From the NCBI RefSeq assembly GCF_009914755.1, contig NC_060932.1: DNA of 64,000 bases. One strand, written 5' to 3'. The stretch comes from the human T2T-CHM13v2.0 reference genome, Homo sapiens. Below, piece after piece: positions 58,571 through 64,000 of the stretch (position 1 is its first letter; every line of letters begins with the position of its first letter). A model generated the notes under the pieces. It saw nothing but the letters and a program-made list of their open reading frames with translations, did no database searches and was not told the DNA's origin. The translations under genes were made by a program, and so were the position numbers.

Positions 58571-61330
58571 GGAAGAGGTAGGGACCGGCCGCCGGCTAGA
58601 GGAGAGGGCAGGGCCCTCTGGTGGCCATCACGGGGCACTGCACGGGCAGAGGGCGCGCCGCCTCAGGGGACAACTGCCGTCTCCAGGGGCCTCAGCTCCC
58701 AGACCCGGCGGCCGGAGAGTCCGGGGAAGCAGACGGGGACCGCGCCCGGGGACCCCCTCGGGGCCTCGTCCGCCTCGGGCCACGCGGCGGGACGCCCCCT
58801 CGGCCCCCTGGGTTTGCGGCCGGGCCTGGGGGCCGGGGGCAGCTCCGCTAGCGGCGGCGGCGGCGGCAGCGGGACCTCCGGGCCTCTGGACACGGGTGAC
58901 ACCGCGCGGCCCGGCAGAGCGCGGCGCGCTGAGCCGGTTATTTTTAGCCCGCGGCTCAGACGCGTTCAGGAATTTGGTCAACAAAGTTGCCGGCACCTCC
59001 GGGCACCGGGAAGCACGGGGCGGGCGGAGGGGGACACACGCGTGCGGGGCGGCGCGAGGGGCCGGGGACGGAGGGCCGGCGTTAGGAATCCCCGCCCAAG
59101 CGGCCACCACTGCCCACTTTCGCCCCCCGCAGGGCTGGAGGCGCCTTGCTGGGCCTGGAGTGGGACGGGGGGTAACTGAGACGGGAAGGCGGGGATTTCC
59201 ACCTGGCGGCCGTGCACCTGCTGGGAGGAGACGGCTCCGGTTCACGGGGCAAAGGAGGTGACGATGGGCGGTGGGCCTGTGACCCCAGGTCCCCGACACC
59301 AGCGAGCCGGGTGATGGGAGGGTTGCGCCAGGAGTTACAAGGCCGGTGACCCGAAGTGGGCCTATTGTTTCTTCTCGAAATTCTCTCCATTGCTGTTCTA
59401 TGACTTCAGCAATTTAAAAAAAAAAAAAAAGTCTAAAATGTAACCACCTGTGTAGAGAAAAAAAGCCTGGAAGGAGTTGCGCAGAGGCCACAGGGAGGCC
59501 TGGTCACGGTGCCGCAGATTTAGTACCAGGCTCTCACCTCCTTCCCTCTACAAAGATCTATTGTTTTGTAACAAGAAGACTGTCATGAAGTGAGGACTGA
59601 ACATCTGCTTCCTAAGGTGTCTCGGGGTGTCCCTGGCCCTTCCCTGGGCCCTCCCACTCCTCTGGGCAGAGCTGGGACTGCTGATTTGGGAAGACCAGGC
59701 CTTCCTCCCCGCAAGGGAGGGCCAAGGACAGCATGAGGACCCACCTGCAGGGACCCCTCTCCCCCGATCCTGTCCCGGAGGGGGCTCTGAGCTCCCCACC
59801 CTTCTACAGATGAAGAAATGAAGTGGGCATGCAGCAGAGCCAAGTCCCCACACTGGGTACCTGGACTTGAGACCACACGAGTGGTCAGCCAGCCAGGGGT
59901 GTGGGGTTTCCTTTATGGCACCCCGTGTTGAGAGGGAGGCCCGGGAAGGGAGGATGCCGCTGCGCAGTGGAGCTGGTGGTAGTCCAGGTTGTCTGCACCT
60001 GCAGCCCCACGAGAGGCCTTGGGGCTACAGGGCCCTCCCACGGCCCCTCCAGGGTTCTAGCAGCATTTCTGGGTACCACACCCTGGAGGCCCTGGGGCAC
60101 ACTGGAAAGGGGGTTGAGGAGGAAAGAGAGAGTGTTTGCACCGGGCTGTGTCCCCACTGTCCCCCCCTCCCGCCCATCGCACTGTGGCTCCTGCCAGGCC
60201 AAGGAGACCAGGAGAGGGTGTTTGGTCACCAGCCCAGGAGGACTCCAGCACACCCGTGGGAATGAAGGAGACGCCTGACCCCAGGCTGTTGCAGTGGGAA
60301 CCTTCCCCGGGGCCACAGCTGTGACCTCAGGCTGAGGGACGCTGACCCCACAGCCGTGCTTGGACTCAGTGGCACCCCCATCCCGCCACCACCCACAGGA
60401 AGCCTAAGTGCCTCATCTTGCTCTGAGAGGTGGGAGAAGGTGGTGGAGGCTGGGGTGGCCTCAAAGATTGACCCCAACCCATCCGCCCCAAGCCTGCCAA
60501 GCCCTCCTTGAGGCTTGGTGCTGTCACCACCAAGCCAGGATGGCTCCCTAGAATTCGCCTGTGCTCCGCTGTTCCCTGGGCTCCCAGAAGCGCTTTCCCT
60601 TCCCGCCAGCCTCCCAACCCAAGGGCTTCTCACACCCTCCAAACTTTCAGCATTTGGTCCTCACAGAATTCTGCAGGGGCAGTCTGTGTGGCTGGGTAAC
60701 TCAATGCACCCAACAGGCTTCTCTTGAGCACCTAGCGTACGTCAGCCAGCCTGCCTAGGGCGCACATCCCATCAGGGAGGTGGCCAGGGTCCCTTGTTGA
60801 GAAGCCCCCTGGAGCTTGATGGCACAAGTATTATTTCATCCATGGGCTCTGTAAGGGGGAGATGTGTCCTGGGAATAGGGGCACAGCTTGCCTCTGGTCC
60901 TGACAGCTGGGAGGACTTGGGGGTTGGGGTAACGGGACAGCTGATGGATGGTGCCACTGGTCAGGGTCTTCACACCCAGGCCTGGCAGATGGTGAGAGCT
61001 GTCGGCCAAAACAGCTGCTTGTGACACCTCCATAGGGCTGCTCCCTGCAGCTGGTTGGGCTTCCTCACAGCATGGCTGCTGGTTCCCAGTGTGTGCATCC
61101 GAGGAAGGTGGAGGGGTGCATGTGCCTCAGAACACTGCACCATGCTGGTGGTCCTCGTGTGTAGAGGTCGGCCACCCCCCTGGGCAGGGGTACGGACACT
61201 GCCTGTGTAGGTCATGTGAGGAAGGGGCCTGTGGGCTGAGATGCACTGTTGTAGTGTTTTTGGAAAATACAGTCTGCCGAGTGGGCCTCAGAGAACAGAA
61301 AATCAGCCATAAAAATAGTAAGTAAAATGA

Positions 61331-61624
<294 letters not shown>

Positions 61625-61644
61625 AGTAAAATGATAGTGGATTT

Positions 61645-61930
61645 GCCTTCTATTGCTGTCTCACCAATTACCACACGTTTAGTAACTTAACACACATTTA
61701 TGGTCTTGTGGCTTCTGTGAGCCAGGCGTCCAGGCAGGGCTTAGCAGGAGCCCCCGTCCAGGGTGCAGTCTAGGAGGTGGCCGGGCTACAGTTTCAACGT
61801 GGGACGAGAAGGGCTCTGCCACCAGGCATCGTCAGGCTGTTGGCAGAATTATTTCCTTAAATCTGTACAACTGAGGACAGGCTTCTTGCTGGCTGGAGGC
61901 TGGAGGCCACCCTGAGCTCCTCACCAGGTG
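61645..61930. mobile_element. MLT1-type MaLR LTR remnant
   Basis: ctattgctgt...aattaccaca...ttagtaacttaa...catttat...ggcagaatt...ttcctt pattern (from memory of consensus). Confidence 0.55.
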
Positions 61931-62910
61931 CAGCCCCAGCACAGGCCCTGACGCCTCGGGCCAGCAGGGAGAGGCTCTCAGCGGGGCGTAAGGTGCCGTG
62001 ATCACAGCTGCGGCATCTGGCCACCCTCCAGGAGTCTGTCGGAGGAAAGGGGTCACCCAAGGGTGGGAACGCTGGGCAGGGGGGGGCGTCATGAGGCTAC
62101 CTCAGGGCCTGTCCCCCACACTCGTTTGTGAGAAGGCGGAAGCTTGGCTAGGTGGGGAGTTCTGGGTTGGTGGGGTTGGGGGGCCTCACAGACACCTGAG
62201 CAGATGGAGGGGCAAGCCCTTCAGGCCGGGGAGCAGGGAGCCCAGAGCCACTGCCTGGGAGGGGCCTGGAAGGGCCCAGGGTGGCTGGGTCAAGATCAGA
62301 GCCCATGGGGGCTGGTGTAGGGCCCAGGAAGTCATCGTGGGCCCCCAGAGGGCTCTGGGTGGAGGGAAACCTGGTACGAGGAGGGACAGGGAGGTTGGGG
62401 TGCTCACCAGCTGAACCCCACAGCTCCCTCTGCTGTCCACCATGGGACCCCACGCAGTCTGCTGTCTGCTGGGGCCCTGAGCTCATGCATTTTACTGCAG
62501 GGAGGGGCCTGAGGGGACCCTCCTGGCACGGCTCCTCCACCCCTGCCAGAGCACAGCTGCGCAGGAGGGCTGAGCTAACCCTGCCAGGCCATGCGTGGAC
62601 CTCCTGAACCTCACCCTGCTGCCCCAAGAGTAAGTGCTCGGAACTGCGTAGAGCCTCGCGTGGGGTCTGGAGTGTCATTTTTGGGGCATGTATTTAGGTG
62701 GGAGAACCCCCACACCCCCAGTGCCCGCGTTTGCTGTGCGGAGCTGATCACAGGAGACAGAACCTTCTCCGTCCCGCAGACAGAGGCTCTGCATCTTCTG
62801 GGCTAGGGGGCTGCTGGGGCTGCCTCCACCCCCACCCTGCTCCTGCTGCCCGGGTGCCCCTCCTCCACTCAGGGGCTCATTTGCATTTAAAAACGACAAC
62901 CAAAAAACAA

Positions 62911-62998
62911 GCCCAGGGCCTCCTGAGAGTCCCTCCTCAGCCTGTCGCTGCTCTGCCCAGGGCCTCCTGAGAGTCCCTCCTCAGCCTGTCGCTGCTCC
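62911..62998. repeat. 44-bp tandem duplication
   Basis: gcccagggcctcctgagagtccctcctcagcctgtcgctgctc at 62911 and 62955. Confidence 0.92.
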
Positions 62999-64000
62999 GC
63001 CCCTTCCTTGTGCCCCTACTCAAGCACGGATGGTGCGCCTGCTGTATGCCAGGCGCCAGTCAGGGCACTCGCTCAGCCACTGCACGCCCAAGCTCCCTGC
63101 CCTCCCGGAGCTCCCGTGCTGCTGGGCGCTAAGTGAGGCGGGGTCAACGCCCTCAGCCCAGAGGCAGGATGGGCACAGGCCTAGCCCAGGAAGGTGCTGG
63201 CGCTCCCGGCGGACCCCCAGACACTCTCCCTTCGGTCACCTCCCAGCCCCCAGGGGCATCCAGGCCAGCATCCGACTGCCCAGCCAGCACCCCTCCAGGC
63301 ACACAGGGCACAGAACCACACTCTGAAGTCACTGCTGCACCCCTGCTCGCCCATCCACCTCCCGCAGTGGCCCTGGACTCTGCCCACGGCTCCCACCTCT
63401 GCGGCCATCACATCTCCCTTATAAGAGACAACAGCGCTAAGACCCATCTGCTTGGCGCTGGGGGGGTGCATCACCTGCCTGGGACCCGGCCGTGCCCCGC
63501 CAGGGCTCTGAGGACCCCCCAGGGTGCTGTGTGCTTCCGCTTCAGGGTTTCCATCCGGCTGCCCCAGCACACACCACTCTGCTGCACGCACAGGCTTGGG
63601 TGCAGGGTTACGCCCTCCTCTCCTCAGGAAGCCTTCTCCTTCCCTGTTCCGACCACCCCAGCAGGGGACATTCCACCAGGCTGTCCTCAGCTGGGGCCAT
63701 GGTCAATACAGGGGCAGGGACTCTGCTAGTCCCAGCCTCCCAGGTCCCTTGGCCAGGTGCCCTGGCAGTCACTGGTCTGCTGCCAGCTGCCCCTTGGCAT
63801 GAGGGGCCTCGTGTGACCAAATGGGCACACTCCATGCAGGGGAAACGCAAGGACTTGAGACCAAGCAGAGCCCAGGCTGCACAAGGTCCCCAGGTGGGGG
63901 ATTGGGACACCATGGTGGCCCCCTGAAGGCAGTGGCCAGCCTTTTCTGAGTCTTCCTGCTGGCCACTCCTGGGGGGGGCTGCATTTGGGGACAGTGGACC

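Noticed and set aside
59371-59385. STAT or heat-shock-element-like TTCTCGAAATTC
   Set aside because: Spacing fits neither TTCnnnGAA nor a three-unit nGAAn array

Overview
Human, GC-rich subtelomeric DNA that I recognise as 8q24.3. The left part holds RHPN1 (rhophilin-1) exons 2-15 on the + strand: 14 GT-AG exons totalling 1953 nt that splice in frame to TGA at 8298-8300, plus the 3' UTR. The right part holds the intronless large-Maf gene MAFA on the - strand (57017-58075, 352 aa here with a 9-His tract), with its CpG island, TATA box and poly(A) signal. The ~46 kb between them is non-coding. It contains Alus, two solo LTRs with target-site duplications, a MER53 hairpin, old L1 fossils, at least eight tandem repeats (including a 2.5 kb GGT/GAT tract), two orphan CpG-rich islands, a probable two-exon lncRNA (MAFA-AS1-like), and several short AT-rich motif clusters that look like MAFA 3' enhancers. 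Apart from RHPN1 exons and MAFA, the ORF-track entries are best explained by GC richness or repeats. I found no demonstrable new biological system. The best leads are regulatory hypotheses and are labelled as such. Repeat subfamily names and reference comparisons come from memory and need checking.
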